Source: Styela clava (taxonomy: Eukaryota). Taken from it: a stretch of DNA of 64,000 nucleotides. The notes below the pieces were generated by a model. The model made no database searches, had not been told where the DNA came from, and saw only the letters and a program-made list of their open reading frames with translations. This document shows positions 38,701 through 52,254 of the stretch, piece by piece. The translations under genes and the position numbers were made by a program. The first letter of the stretch is position 1. Every line of letters starts with the position of its first letter. The stretch is taken from the NCBI RefSeq assembly GCF_964204865.1, contig NC_135250.1, positions 12,214,001-12,278,000 on the forward strand, read 5' to 3'.

Positions 38701-41700
38701 AAAATTGATTACAATAAAATGATTCCATTTCATCATGATCTGAAATGTACTTTTAATAGGATTCGTTTAAACTGACATGGATAAAATGGCAAATTACATG
38801 CAAAATTAAATTATGTTTCCATCTCCCATGTGTATGGTATAAAAAGTAAACTTCTTGTATTTAACAGTATTTCAAATGATAGTACAATGTGCTAGAATCC
38901 ATTTTGGTTATTTTCTAAGCGTGAATTTCAACATTTTTTCACTGACACCACACAAATTCAAACCCGGTAGTCATCAATGTTGAAATTGCACACTGTATTG
39001 CAGCTTCACTATATCAATTATCTTCAACATCGGGTTAGCAAGGTAGCATGAGAGGTCGATGTATCGACAGATACTTTTGGTATAGGGGAAATTTGCGAGA
39101 CTTGAGGCCAAGATGTTCACAGTATGAATAACAGTCACACGACAAAAACAATTCACCAAAATGTTGTAAGTTTTTTATACATTGATATGCGGTCTGGTTG
39201 GTCATCGAAAAACACAGTGAGTCACAAAGATCAGTGGTTCACAATTCCTGATATACATCATCATATTATACATACATATGAAGCTTTATCAATTTCCAAT
39301 TGCAAGAAAATGATAAGACTGAAAGACCATAGCGAAATACTTTCACACAATGTCTATAGTTACAAAGCAAAAAGCAAAATTTTTTTTATTGAATATACTT
39401 ACGTCCTCATTCGTTGTTATGCCAAGTGCGATAAGATATGAATGAAATCCGGATAAACCAATAACTGACCAAATACTGAAGAAACATATCAATATTTCTA
39501 GCACAGTATATATGAAAAGCAGTCAAGGAAATTATGACTTCAGATACTTTCAAATAACTCCAAAAAGAATATGGGCACAGTTTTAGAAATAATTTGAACC
39601 AACTACAGAGTGACCCTTCAGCCCCCCTCCCCCTAAAAAAAATAGACCCCAGGAAATTTCTGATTCCTTAAAAATGAATTTAAACTTGAACTACTGTTTG
39701 TGTATGATTGTACGCAAAAGTTTCAGTAATCTAGGACGCTTTTCACAAAAGTCATTTTTCTCTGATAACATGTTTCAAATGATCTGGTTTCTGATTTATT
39801 TGGGTCAGTCTACATACATTCTTAATTTACCAAATTATCACGTAAAAAACAACAGTAAATGTCTTAAGATCCTAATTTGATTAAAAAGTTTATTGGGTCT
39901 TTTATAATGGAAAATATATATATAAGATATCTAATAATGTAACAACCAACTAGGCTAGCTTTTATATCAACAACACAACTCTCTCCAGCTATGAAAAAAA
40001 TTCAATCATTCACAAAAAAGGATATCTTCCAGGACTGTTCTTCAGTGCTTCAAGAAAGTTGCCCTTTTCTTTAGATACTGTTGTAATGTTAAAAAGAAAT
40101 ATATTTATATATAATGTATTGTTAAAATTGAAATAATAACTTCAAAATAAGGTATCAAGGCACACAACCCCTTACGAATAAATTTGGAGAAAATTCCAAT
40201 CATGAATAGGGATATCTAGAGGCATTCATCCATATTCATTCATAAAAAAATCAATTTATAATATCAAGAACACCACAAGTACCACAATTTCAATCAATCA
40301 GTGGTATATCCGTAACAGTACTAGTTTTTAGAAACACTTCGAATTATAACATGAACATGGTAGTTTGAAAAGTATTGATAGGTAAAAAAAAGTTGGTAAT
40401 GATAGTATTAGAGTAGCCTATATGTTATCAGTCACTTTTGTAATAGTCTGAATCAAAAATCATATGTTACTATGTACATAATCTATTCAAGCATAGCTAC
40501 AAATAATGCGGCGTCATAGGGCAAACAGAAAAAACGTACCTCTGTAAATACAGGTCACGCTTGACCTAACACTTGGAAAATAAGAAATAATGATACAGTT
40601 CGTTGATACTTACACAATACAATATGAAGAATAGAGAAAGCAAACACATAAAGACATAGCACGGATAATGAAGTAACGAAAAGATAAAAATATTTGTAAT
40701 TCCTTCGACCGACGCAGTTACCAACCCACGGACAGTGATGATCAAAACAATCTAAAAAATAGATAAATAACAACAAATTTAGAAGGTGTTAGTGATGATT
40801 TAAACATGTATCAAAGTTAGTAATAGCCGCAGTGACGCATACACATTTGTCGGACTTCCAAAAGTATGTGCACCAAGATGGCGCACAACCTGAACATAGT
40901 ATGTGTACCAAGAGTATGGTTCAGGTTGTGCGCCATCTTGGTAAACATACTTCGGGAGCCCAATTGGCACCATGCTGATATCCTTTAATACAGTGGTTCC
41001 CAACTTTTTTCTTCCTTAATAATACTCCCTCACTACGCATATAAACTGTTTTCATTAATTTTCAATCTTAGTTCCTTAGCGACTGCTACGTGCTACTTGC
41101 ACTTTGGGTTTTAAACAATTTATGTGTCAAAAATATTAGTAAAACAAAGCAGAATATGATATTTCTGTAATTCCCCCACCAAAAAGAATAGAATCCCCCA
41201 CTGCGGAGCAATTCTTCTCCAATTGGAAATTGCTGCTATGTTATAATTAGCAATACCCCAACATCTAAAGATGGCATAGTGCGAAAGGAACAACTACTTT
41301 TGGTCATTTACAAACATACAAATTGCAGTCCTAATATAAAGGGAAATGATAATAAGTGTACAGGGTACAGTAAAGCAAAGATAATTACATCTGTTTAAAA
41401 TTTACACAGAAAGCTCCCAGTATAGTTTGGTAGGATTTTGGCGATTTATGTATGACATCAATAAAAGATTATTCAAAAAGTTAAGTTTCTCCAATATCAG
41501 TCAGATTATGTATAGAAAAAAAAAAACAATTTGTAAAATTTATGTAACAACAGTTTAGTAACGCATATTAAAAATGATCTATTATGGCAACTTGATACAT
41601 TTTGAAATATGGAAATCATGATGACTTTTTTTTTTCAAACCAACTTCCCAATTAATCATTTCCGACAAAATGGGCACAATGGATGTCTCCCCGACCCTTG

Positions 41701-44700
41701 ACTTGGATGCTTATTTTGTGAGTATTTTGAAGAGTTAACACTCACAAACTGATTTACATGCTCAAAACCTATATTTTCATTAAAATATACAACCATGTGC
41801 CACTTTTACGTACTAAAAGCTTCAGCCTAGTCTATAGCCTAGTTTTCCAGGGCTAATATTTGATTATCATAACTAAACTAAAGCTTATTGTAAGACTTCA
41901 TTTACAACTAATTTTTGGAAATACAACTGAAAACTGGCAAATAACACGCAAAACCGCGGAAACGAGGCAATGTTTACAACCACGCTTGAATATTTGTCTA
42001 AAACTAAATGAACGAAGTGTCTGAGCGGCTGCAAAAAATATAATTGTTAATTGTTATGTCATCGTTGACTTTTTGCTGATTGGTAATTGTTACGAAAATA
42101 AATAGGCTTAGGGAAACATCCATTACCGGTACATTTTGAATATTGATTGCACATAAAAGAAATATAACTAAAACAGATTCAATCTCAAAATCCAAAATTT
42201 TCTTCACTAATGGTTACTCACCCACACAATTATCACATAAGCTACAATGTGATGCTCGTGGGGGACGGAATATTTTACATGTGAAACAATATTTCAATTT
42301 CATTGGAACACCATTTATTTCAATTTCTAATGTTCTCGGAGGTGGTCGATATCCTTGTTGACCGGCAGCTGCTGCTTCACTTGCTTGTTGGGCTAGAATA
42401 TAAATTATATAATTTATGACTATTTTCTTCAAATTGAAATAAGAATTTGGGATTGGTCATATTTATACCAGGAAAGAAGAAATTGTTAACCTAGTCTAAA
42501 TGTATATTAAATGTATAATTCAAGGATTTCAAGACAAAATGGTGCAAGTTGAATTTTTTTTAAAAAAAGTTATTTTTAATCATTACAAGGAAATAGATGC
42601 TCTTTAATTATCTAGTGCTGGTATCTTCTGATCATAGCTTAAAGCATTTTTCACCGAATATTTCAATAAAAGGCTGCAGGAGTTTAAAAAATAAAAATAT
42701 ATATTTTCTTATTTTCTCAAACCAGTCTTTTTGCAAGTTTGGCCCTTTTGGATTAGAGCCCGGATTAGTAAATGCCCTTAATTAACCATAACCTAATTAG
42801 TCCAGTAACACACTGACAAAACTGAATACCCAAGAGAGCACATGGTCACTTCATGTTCACGCATAGATAGTGATGGTCAGTCATGATGACATCACTCATC
42901 ATGCTCAGCCATTTGGGTTAGGGTTAGGGAAATAAGCTAATTAATTCAAGAAAAACCTGTAAAAAGAGAAGAAAACCAACAATAAATTTTATTGCCTTGC
43001 ATCTTTAATATTTTCTTTTAGCACATCAACGAGGATGGCACAGCTATACAGGTATAAGACTGCCAAACATTGGCAGGATCCAATTGAAGGACATCGAGGG
43101 GACGTCCTCGCATAAAAGGCAAGTTCAAAACTCAAAAAAAAGTTGCCAAACTGAGGGGTCGGCTTATACGCACATAACCCTGATGGCATTCAATCGAAAT
43201 GATAAAACATAATAATTACCTTGCAGCTGCCTTTCAGTGTAGTTAGCTTCAGCAAATGATGCTCTAGGTAGAATACCTGGGTCACTCCAAGCAGTTCGTA
43301 ATAAACAGGCGACAGAAAAAATGGTCAGTAAACCAGCGACAATAGGTATTATAAAACCAAAATCCAAATGTACCAAAGTCAAACGGCACCTTAAAAATAC
43401 AGAACAGTATATATTATACAGCAGCATTAAAATTATTTATTACTGAAGGTTTACTATATTCATACAAAATTAAACTATTCAAATAATTATGGTAGTAGGA
43501 AATTGAAAATAAAAAATAATCCTTCTAGTTAGCTTAGCACATATTAAAGAAAAAAACTGACTAGAACCCACAAAAAAGCCATTGGTAGGTCTCCAAAATG
43601 ACACCATTACTTGGTGAATTCATATCAAAGTATGTCTAGGGCAAATAGTGAATAGTATTGAATTAATATGCAGTCATCAAAATAATGTTGAGCTTCTTTA
43701 AAGAAAATTAATTGCAAACTACAAGCAGGAAGCGTAGAAAACATATGTTGAAACTAACGATCGAATTTATTTAATACCAGTCAGAAATTTACTAAATTAT
43801 TATGTATTCATCAAAATTTATTTTCTATAAAATGAAAAACATACTCAAAAATACTGATAATCTGACTGTTTGAAGTTTATTTACAAAACGGATGAAATTA
43901 TTAAATTAAAGCAATCTTTTCTAGCATTCATTTTCAATATATAAATCTTGGTTTTTATGGTAAGAGCGATAAATTTAAAGATGTATATAAATATACAGGT
44001 ACTCCCTGTGTGACATTCTTTAATTTTGTGAAGCATGAATTCAACCTAAAAAAACTTGGGGTTATGAAAACCTCTTCTTCTCGGTCCCTCATATTTATAA
44101 TACAATTATAGGCAAAATTGAGACAGATTCAACTTATTCAAGTTTTTATTATATAAATATGTCAAAAATGAGATTCCTTATTCTAATAGAACAAAATATA
44201 CTTACTCGAATACAAAAAACAAAGCGATAGTTACAAATATGAGGCACAATGTAAAATAAAGGATTCCAGTCTGTCGTGCCATTAATATACGACCATCACA
44301 ATAAAATTTATTTCGTCCTGGAAACACCTGAAAAAAAAATGTGATTACCAGTGTGATAAAAATATGAGATATCAATGTCCTATATTTCAGACAAAATCAT
44401 TTGTTGAATTTTGTAGTTTTTAAAGAATTATATTCTCATTATTTTGAGAGTGATAACAGTTTTACAAAATATTACGGTGGTAGAAATACATTAATGTAAA
44501 ATTCATCTTCACAGCTCAGAATTTTTATTTACAGTAAGTTCAAATTGCCTATTTTAAGGATCCAGGCAATCAAAATTATTGTCACTCCATCAAAACTTGT
44601 TAATATTAGAAAAAACTTGGTATGTTAAATTGAGTAATATAAAAAAGCACGATTTGCACGCTTAATTAATCAATTTAGAATATTAAAAATGAAAAAAACA

Positions 44701-47458
44701 AATAGGAATATGGCTATAACCTCATAGATTTCAACAATTATAAAACCACTCTATAAATAAATTTTCCGGAAGAATGCTGAAAATGTACTGTAGGGAATCG
44801 TTCACATACACCAAAATAACTTTAAAGATCAATAGGTTTGTTTTTCATCAAACTTGATGACGCAATAATTCGCTCAAATTTATCAAAATTCATAGCATTT
44901 ACTGCATACATTTATGTACATGCATAAATTTCATTATTTTACTAGTAAAGAGGCTGGGATATTTGCAATTGATAGCTTGAGAGGAAGTATAATGATCTGT
45001 GCATTCAGCAAACAAAATTATGCATGACAAGCCAATCATTATGGGAATACTGTGTTTTATTGATTACAGGATATTGGATTCCAGATCACCGGAATGCATC
45101 ATTATTTTAGATCCAAAATATAGTATAATGAGGGTATTCATTATAAAAGCATTTTAATATACAATAATATAGGGAATAAACTAAAGGAAAAACTTGAAAT
45201 TCAACAGGATCAAAATGATGTAAATCAATTGGACATTGAAATTAATCTTGACAATTGCCAAATATCATAAGTTATATATATGACTAATATCTTAAAAAAA
45301 AAATGAAAAAAAAAATTTTTTCACTATAATATATTATACTACAGGGTGTCCCTTTACAATTTCAATTTTGTTATGAATATTTCTCAATATATCGTAACCA
45401 GGTTTGTTGTTTTTTATTCAGTAATTCTTCAAGTATTTTTACTTCATTTAATACATCAGTGAGGGCCAAAACAACATATGATATCGATAAATTCCCTTTG
45501 CTATTTTAAAATTTTTGCAGACTTTATGGACACCCTATATTCTTATTGCAATACATCAACTACCGGTAACTAACAATGGTCCTTTGATGAGCAATCTGCT
45601 CATTTTATTCAAGGCCAATAGTATCCAATTTTTCCAAAGGAATTTGATGTTGATCTTCTTAATTAATACCCTAGCCCAAATCAAGGTTTAACTGCTGGCT
45701 TGCCTCATGGTGATCTATGTGTGACTTTCAGAAAAGACGGCTTGAAATGCCCAATCATAAAATGTATTTAACCACGTATCAATACCTATATTGGGTTCAT
45801 CGTCAATTTTTCATGATTTAGAGATATATCAGTAGTACGATTGGTCTCGCATATTGGTGTGTCACAGAAACGAATTTGTCATATGAGCTTGAGTTTTTAA
45901 ACATCAAAGAATGCGACAGGCTGTCTATTCCACAATAGCGATTAGTTTATGTGCAGCCAATATATACTTTACTTTTACTCTGGCACTAGCCAAAGGTTTT
46001 GTGGCGAATGGTGAAAAATGCTCAATTCTGCTAAATTTATACTAGCTTTGAGGGGCAGGCTTGAGTGAGAAAATTTTGGAAAATAGTAGTCCTAGAAACA
46101 GGGCTACTAACTAAGAGTCAAAATTCGGTATCTTGAGAGATTCTGTATCTGAGATATTGATTGGTTGAATTAGAAAAATAGCCGCTGATAGCCTTTTATG
46201 TATATTCAATGATACAGGGTGGGGCAAAAATCCTCCCACATTTTATTTTAATTTAAAATGTGGGAGTTTTTTTGCCTTATCTTATATTTGAATTTCCGTG
46301 CCCCAAATTCACCTTCTATGTTAAACCAAAGCAACCTATAACCTGTGTGAAATTTTGTACATGAGATAGTAATTCAGTGTCTTTCAACAAAGTATAACGA
46401 ATGAGAATCTACGGTAATAAGCAAAGTCATGTATAAGTGAATTTCAACCTACTTTAAAGTGATGTCAAGAAAGGCATATAAAATTGAATATGGCTCTCTT
46501 TTTGTTGACTAGCCATGTTTTTATTAAACCAGAAATATTATTATGAGAAATATGAGAACGATCCTGCAAGAAAGTATAGAAGGAAATTCACAGCATTTAT
46601 TAAAATTAGTAGCTGTGAAAAAAATACTAAACAATTTGTTTCTAGATTGGAATTTATGCAGATAAAAATCTGATTTTTCAAAGTACTAGGTATAGGCTAT
46701 CCAAGCAAGCAACAAAGTATACATTATATGCTTTGGAATCGGATGAAAAGTTTAACAAAATTGATGAGAAATCAAAATTGGTCATATAAATAGAAAACTG
46801 AAACTAATTTACCCAAATTTACCACCAGAGTAGTTGGAAAACAATTGAAAGCAATGAATACCAAATTAATATAAAAATGTGACAAAATATGAATTTGAGA
46901 TAAAAGATAAAAATATCAGACAGATATCCCAGAAACTTACTGAATTAGATATAACACCAGTAACATCTTTACAATACAGATTATGAATGAGGATATTGAA
47001 ATTTTAGCAATGGAAGAGCAGCAATAATACCTGCCACTTTTTAAGTTGTTGCTTGTAAGGACTAGTCTCTGGCCTGTCATCATTCAACCTCTGTTGAGAA
47101 TTTGAGGATTGGCGATTAGCAGTATGTGATGACGTAGATAAATGACGATTGCCTAAAAGACAGAAGTGATTTAGATAAAAATGAGTAATTGGAAAGAGAG
47201 AACAATTGATTTCTCTGCTGTTTAGTTATAATTTATGCAAAATTAAAAAGATCGTGATTTCCAATAATGATCAACCCTTTTAAAACAGATGATCTGCAAA
47301 ATGGAAACATGTGTCCTTCGATAACATTAAAGTTGAAATTGTTGGAGATTTCTCAATCCAGCTATGGGCAAATTATAGAAATGCCACCATACAACTAATC
47401 AATAAATCAAGACAATAAGTAAGATATCATACACTTACTCACACCTTATCAACAGCAT
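35739..47458 (-). CDS. ZDHHC14: DHHC palmitoyltransferase, ZDHHC14/18/9 (Erf2) subfamily
   Basis: Exons: 47443-47458 (tentative ATG exon), 47031-47152 (..KKWQ), 44206-44327 ([21 protein letters not shown]), 43220-43389 (SDPGILPRA), 42222-42392 ([32 protein letters not shown]), 40614-40751 ([17 protein letters not shown]), 40026-40077, 39403-39505 ([15 protein letters not shown]), 38334-38570 (IKGTWS..NPF..ILCGP.PPS.IDRRG), 35739-36197 (ends -SKV*, a class I PDZ-ligand-like end as in vertebrate ZDHHC14). All phases are consistent. Confidence 0.95.
36265..36560 (-). mobile_element. Old diverged copy of the tRNA-SINE family
   Basis: tatcctgggaagaggaaagc, gcatggact, aagccgtaaccgaccagc and aaccaccc match the SINE body. 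Confidence 0.65.
37239..37355 (-). CDS. Candidate alternative ZDHHC exon encoding a hydrophobic TM-like helix
   Basis: GC-richer island in an AT-rich intron. Acceptor ttttgcatttgctatAG/cAG (NAGNAG). 117 nt, phase 0/0 like its neighbours. Encodes [39 protein letters not shown]. The donor GTGAAA is weak; read-through gives VKI*. Confidence 0.55.
39506..40025 (-). other. U12-type (minor spliceosome) AT-AC intron in the ZDHHC gene
   Basis: The 5' end reads ATATCCTTTT (from 40025), the branch site is TTCCTTGAC (39530-39522), and the intron ends ..TATAC at 39506. Removing it restores the conserved frame [23 protein letters not shown]. Confidence 0.95.
40851..40962. mobile_element. Palindromic MITE family A, short form
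   Basis: aagtatgtgcaccaagatggcgcacaacctgaac / gttcaggttgtgcgccatcttggtaaacatactt. Confidence 0.8.
45342..45537. mobile_element. Tc1/mariner-type MITE
   Basis: TA|cagggtgtcc ... ggacacccta|TA termini. A smaller related hairpin is at 46213-46285. Confidence 0.65.
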
Positions 47459-47497
47459 ATAAAATATCCAATGAAGTCCTGATATTTATACATTTAT

Positions 47498-47713
47498 AGG
47501 CATTCCAGAAGTGTGTGTACCTAATGGCCAATGTGTAACTAATTTTGTTCGCCTACTTTACAACAAGTTGTGTAAAGGGACTGAAACCTATAGGCAGGTG
47601 AATATTCACTTGGCTAAAACAGACAGTCCCCGAAATTGTAATGGAACTAAAATAAGGGAAATCTGATATAATAATGGCCTAACCCTAACCTAGTACACAC
47701 TACGGGAGTACCA
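47498..47713. mobile_element. MITE related to family A (variant internal sequence)
   Basis: Sister copy of 21955-22175. Confidence 0.75.
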
Positions 47714-47836
47714 ATTTATAAATAGCATCCGATATAACCACAGAATATTTGCCCAATATCTGGAGAGAAAAAAGAAACTTAAGAGCTTTTAATAAAAATA
47801 TTTAGTTTATATCAAAATATGTCTAGTTCTAATCCA

Positions 47837-47964
47837 TTAATTTTAACTGTTCCCACTTTCCCAAAAATTTCACGAACCTGTCATAGTTTCTTCTACAAGT
47901 AACGGTGAACTTGAATGCATCAAATTCTCTCACATGAGCAGAATCATAAATTTTTCTGATAGTT
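47837..47964 (+). repeat. Left arm of a long-range inverted repeat (partner 52127-52254)
   Basis: 47871-47963 is the exact reverse complement of 52128-52220; the outer ~30 bp are diverged. Confidence 0.9.
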
Positions 47965-48290
47965 GTGTATTTCAAATAGTAATTCAGTGGCGTCACTGAT
48001 TGGAAAGGTTCCTAAAGGCTACATAAAAATCAAGGAACATGATCCGTAAATCAAACAATACTACTAACTGAAAAACAAGATTTAAAGCTTAAGGTAAATT
48101 GCCCTACTTAAAAATTGTGACAAGTTGAAAAATGAAAAAAGGTTTATAATGATTGATGAAAAAGTGGTACACTTTGTGTCCGGTTATTAGTCCATGTGGG
48201 GCTAGTTAGCCAGATATTTGTTTCAGACGCATGGACTTGGTGCTGGAGGAAGGGGTAACCAACAAGCAGTTACATGAACCATCCTACGAC

Positions 48291-49315
48291 CCAGACTGGA
48301 TTCCATGGCAGGTGCACGCCCGAGGGCGCTAGCGCTCCGCAAAAATGCACGCGAGCGAAATCAATTTTGCACGCCGAAAATTTGCAACTGCTCACCAATG
48401 TAAATCGGTTTAAATGGTTTTAAAATCAATAATCCAGTAATATAAAGATGCCAAAATATTATAACTCCACAATTGTCGACAAATACCAGCCTGCAAGATT
48501 TGGTCTGATCGAAATATTGCGAAGCAAAAAGACCATGGACCTTTCCCCAACCTTTGACCCGCGAAAAATTCCTCTCATTGTTACGTCCTTTTTTGCATCT
48601 TGCTGATTGGCCAATGTCACGAAGTAAACAAGGAAGTCGATGCTCGGGGAAAGGTCCATATCGTGTTGAATGATAGGAAATAGGAATCCTGTGAGAATAG
48701 TCATGGACGAAAAGATCGCCTCCGCACCAATGGCCAAGTACGGCTCTGATTCAGCGTATTTTTCATACAATAATTTTACACGAATGTACTGAACAGTACC
48801 GGTATCTAAAGTTGCTCAAACACTCCCAAAATTAGTGACAAAGTATGAAAATAATGTTTGGGGTCAAAGGTCAAACGTCCATTTTGCTCTAATTTGACGT
48901 ATTTTTTATCCATTAATTCTACGTAAAAACACTACCAAAATTAATGACAAAGTATGTCCATTTTGCTCTGGTTCAACGTATTTTTTGTCCAATAATTTTA
49001 CGCGGATGTACTGAACAGTACCGGTATCCAAAGTCGCACAAACACTCTCAAAATTAGCAACAAACTGTAGAAATAATGTTTGGGGTCAAAGGTCAAACGT
49101 CCATTTTTTCTCTGATTCAACGTATTTTTTATCCGATACCGGTAATTTTACGCGGATGTATTGAGAGGTATCTGATGTCAAAGTCAGTTGCACGCGAGTG
49201 CAGTTGTTTTGCACGTCGTGAGCTATAATTGCACCCAGGAATTCTTATTTGCACGCGGGAATTTCTGATTGCACGCCCGATTTCTCGTTCAAAAAGGCCA
49301 TGAAATCCAGACTGG
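48291..49315. mobile_element. Non-autonomous hAT-like DNA transposon nested in an old SINE
   Basis: 19-bp imperfect TIRs (ccagactggattccatggc / gccatgaaatccagactgg) and a perfect 8-bp TSD cctacgac (48283-48290 and 49316-49323). Subterminal tgcacg repeats and an internal ~130 bp duplication. SINE sequence is present on both sides. Confidence 0.9.
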
Positions 49316-50932
49316 CCTACGACTACGTCCAGCAATCCTCTCGCATATATTTACCACTTTACCACTATTCAAACCCATTCGATTGTGAACTCAAAACTGG
49401 GTCGCCTGAAAATTTTCTCAGGTCGCTGGCTTTTTTCAATAAAAACCTAAAAATTACACATTTTATAGTATATTTTCTATTTGGTATTGAAGTGTTGCCC
49501 TAATAGCAGAATAGTGATTGCATGTGTGGGAAGTATCACTGCCTAAGAACTCGGCAGCATTCAATTTGAATAAGTAAAACCACATGTAGACTTCAAAAAC
49601 TCGCTGATGGCAAACAGCAGTTTTCTCACTTTAAAGTAATTTCTGGGGAAATAACTGTTATATAAAATTGATTGTTTATGTTATTCATAAAAGTACTACA
49701 CGTTTAATCTTTGAGCATATCCGTGTTTCGCAAGAATTTTTTTTTTTTGGATCGCTTGAAAAAAGGTTGGGAACCACTGTCAGACTGTTATAAACTACAG
49801 AACTATTACTGTAAGTTACTTTATAAAACAGGTGTTTCAGTATTTCCCATTTACCAATGATTAACTATAAATTCTGCAATCAAACATCTTTCTGCCTTCA
49901 GACTGTCAGACTTTTGTCCTAAAAATAAAATATTACTGAATGCTGGAATGAGACTGGTTGACATATTAACCGTGATAAGTGTAATCACAGAATCATTAGA
50001 TTCTGTCCAATACTGCAATAAGGCAAGACTGAGTATGTTAACGTTAGCGCAAGCTGACGTACTGCCACGGGAAATAAGTATATAAAAACACTATCAACTG
50101 CTACTTTTGTCATAGCGTAGTTTTACTGGAATTCCTTGGGAAAAACTCGCCGACGCTTTGAGCTAGAACGCAAGATAGCTATTTCAGTACTGTACCGGTA
50201 TTCCAAGAAGTCAGCCCTTAATGCTCCCTCTGGTGACGGGTGTGCAAAAGATTGCACAGGACAACCAGAGAGCACAACCGTAATACAACAATATTTTGCA
50301 CATGAACCAAAATTCAAGAACTTCTCACATTTTGTATCAAAAATGTCAATTTTATCTTTGTTTTTGTTTTTCAATTTTTATGAAGTTGCAGCGTATCCCG
50401 CTCTAGTGCTTACATGCAGGAAAATATTTGGCAATATGATTGATATTTCACACTAAAGACGCTGCTCGTTTCCTGCAATTTTGGCATGGCAATGCATTCA
50501 GAATCATATAATCTAGCGGTTTGCGGAAGTCTTCAATTTCGAACACATAAAAAAGAATCAAGCAGTTCAAATGAACACATAGCATCCATAATCTAAATGA
50601 TTGCAGTCAAATTGAAACAGAAATCAATAAGCAGTATCTTCCAATTAAGTACAACACTGTAAAACAAAATAATATAACACATATAATCCAATTAAAAGCG
50701 ATGCAATGAAAATAGGAAGAATAGACACGAAAGCGAGCCAAATTTAAAGTATGATTATATATAATTATATGTCATGGAATCATGAGCGTAGTAATACCAC
50801 TAGCCTTGATCTTGCCGTTGATAACCGCTTGAACCCTGAAAGCTGGTTGCGCCAGAGGAATGTTACCAGCAACGTAATCACTGAGGTTAATACACCTCAA
50901 TGAACGTAATGCTTAGGTTTCCCATGTATAGG

Positions 50933-51264
50933 ATAGGATTTACATATTTATCCCGGGGGAGAGGAAAGCCGATAAGACGGCTTATTCATATGGCGAACCA
51001 CGGCCTCTCGTCCGGTTACCATTCCAAGTCGGGTATGGGATTAGTTTTACTGTATTGTTTGTTTTCGGAAGCATGGACTTGGTGGTAGAGGAAGCCGTAA
51101 CCGACCAGCGGTTACGTGAACCACCCAACGACGGCGAGGAGTCCAGCAATCCTCTCGCACATAACCATCCCTGCATGAGATTCGAACCTGCGAACCCACG
51201 CAGAGTAATTAGAGGTGCGGTGGCGAGCGTATTCCTAACGCTTAGCCCGTTGAGCCACACCGCC
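50933..51264 (-). mobile_element. tRNA-derived SINE, same family
   Basis: Reverse-complement match to 25867-26212, flanked by the direct repeat gtatagg. Confidence 0.9.
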
Positions 51265-52126
51265 GTATAGGTATCCATCAACATATCTACATCACCTTGC
51301 ATTGTTCAGACAAGCAGCAGCGGCGTTGGTTTTTGGCAGTCTTATATATGTTACGTTACGAGTTAAGAGTACGACATAAGACGTATCTGTTACTGGAGCT
51401 GGCATATTTTGTTTTTTACACATCGTGCCGTACGTTTAGTTATAGTCTGGTGTTTTTCCAGGAACTTCAGTTATGTTTAATCCACTGACAAGACGACATC
51501 TATAAATAATAACACAATAGGGTCACTTATACAGACAGTTTTACCCTACAAGGGGAGGCGATGGGTGGGTGGGGTAATATGGCACTCTTGAGTTTTCTTT
51601 TTTATGGATGCGTGCGTGGGTTTCGGGTTTCCAACTGATGAATAAAGTAAACTTCTATCCAATTCCTGATATATATCAACGTTCGTCGTATCAGATGACG
51701 ATTCGAGTATAAATGTACGTGCCGTCGAATGTTGTTCGAGGTGATTAGATTCATTACGGGTTGCCAAGTGTGACATTTACAAAAATATGTTGAGATTTTG
51801 ATTGGCACTAATTGCGCTTTTTCTGAATTAACATATTCGCAAAAACATATTCGTAATCGCGTCATTTACAACATGCAAATCTTTGTAAAATACCCTACAA
51901 CGATGCCCACGACAAGATCTATCAACCGCATTTCGAGATAAAATCATGGTTGCTGGATGTCGCATAACCTGGTTCACAAACTGAGTTAAGGTTGTGCGCA
52001 TACTTCAGGAGGTCCGAACTTTCCATATCGATCTTCGTGGGAGTGCGAATTTCCTGCCAGTCCCTGTTCCCCTGTGATGCGTTTATTTTAACAAAAATAC
52101 CCCAGACCTGCCAAGTCTGCTGTCAG

Positions 52127-52254
52127 AACTATCAGAAAAATTTATGATTCTGCTCATGTGAGAGAATTTGATGCATTCAAGTTCACCGTTACTTGTAGAA
52201 GAAACTATGACAGGTTCGTGGAAGTTTAGAGAAAGTGGAAACAGTTAACATTAA
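52127..52254 (-). repeat. Right arm of the long-range inverted repeat
   Basis: Reverse complement of 47837-47964. Confidence 0.9.

Noticed and set aside
42775-42930. Interstitial telomere or snoRNA (gggttagggttaggg; atgatga)
   Set aside because: Only two hexamers are present, with a partial inverted partner as in local MITEs. There is no convincing C/D box pair with a terminal stem.
48459-48770. 103 aa ORF inside the hAT-like element
   Set aside because: No transposase motifs; likely chance.
50123-51865. Short ORFs upstream of ZDHHC
   Set aside because: No recognisable protein. They may be non-coding first exons or promoter, and some overlap a SINE.
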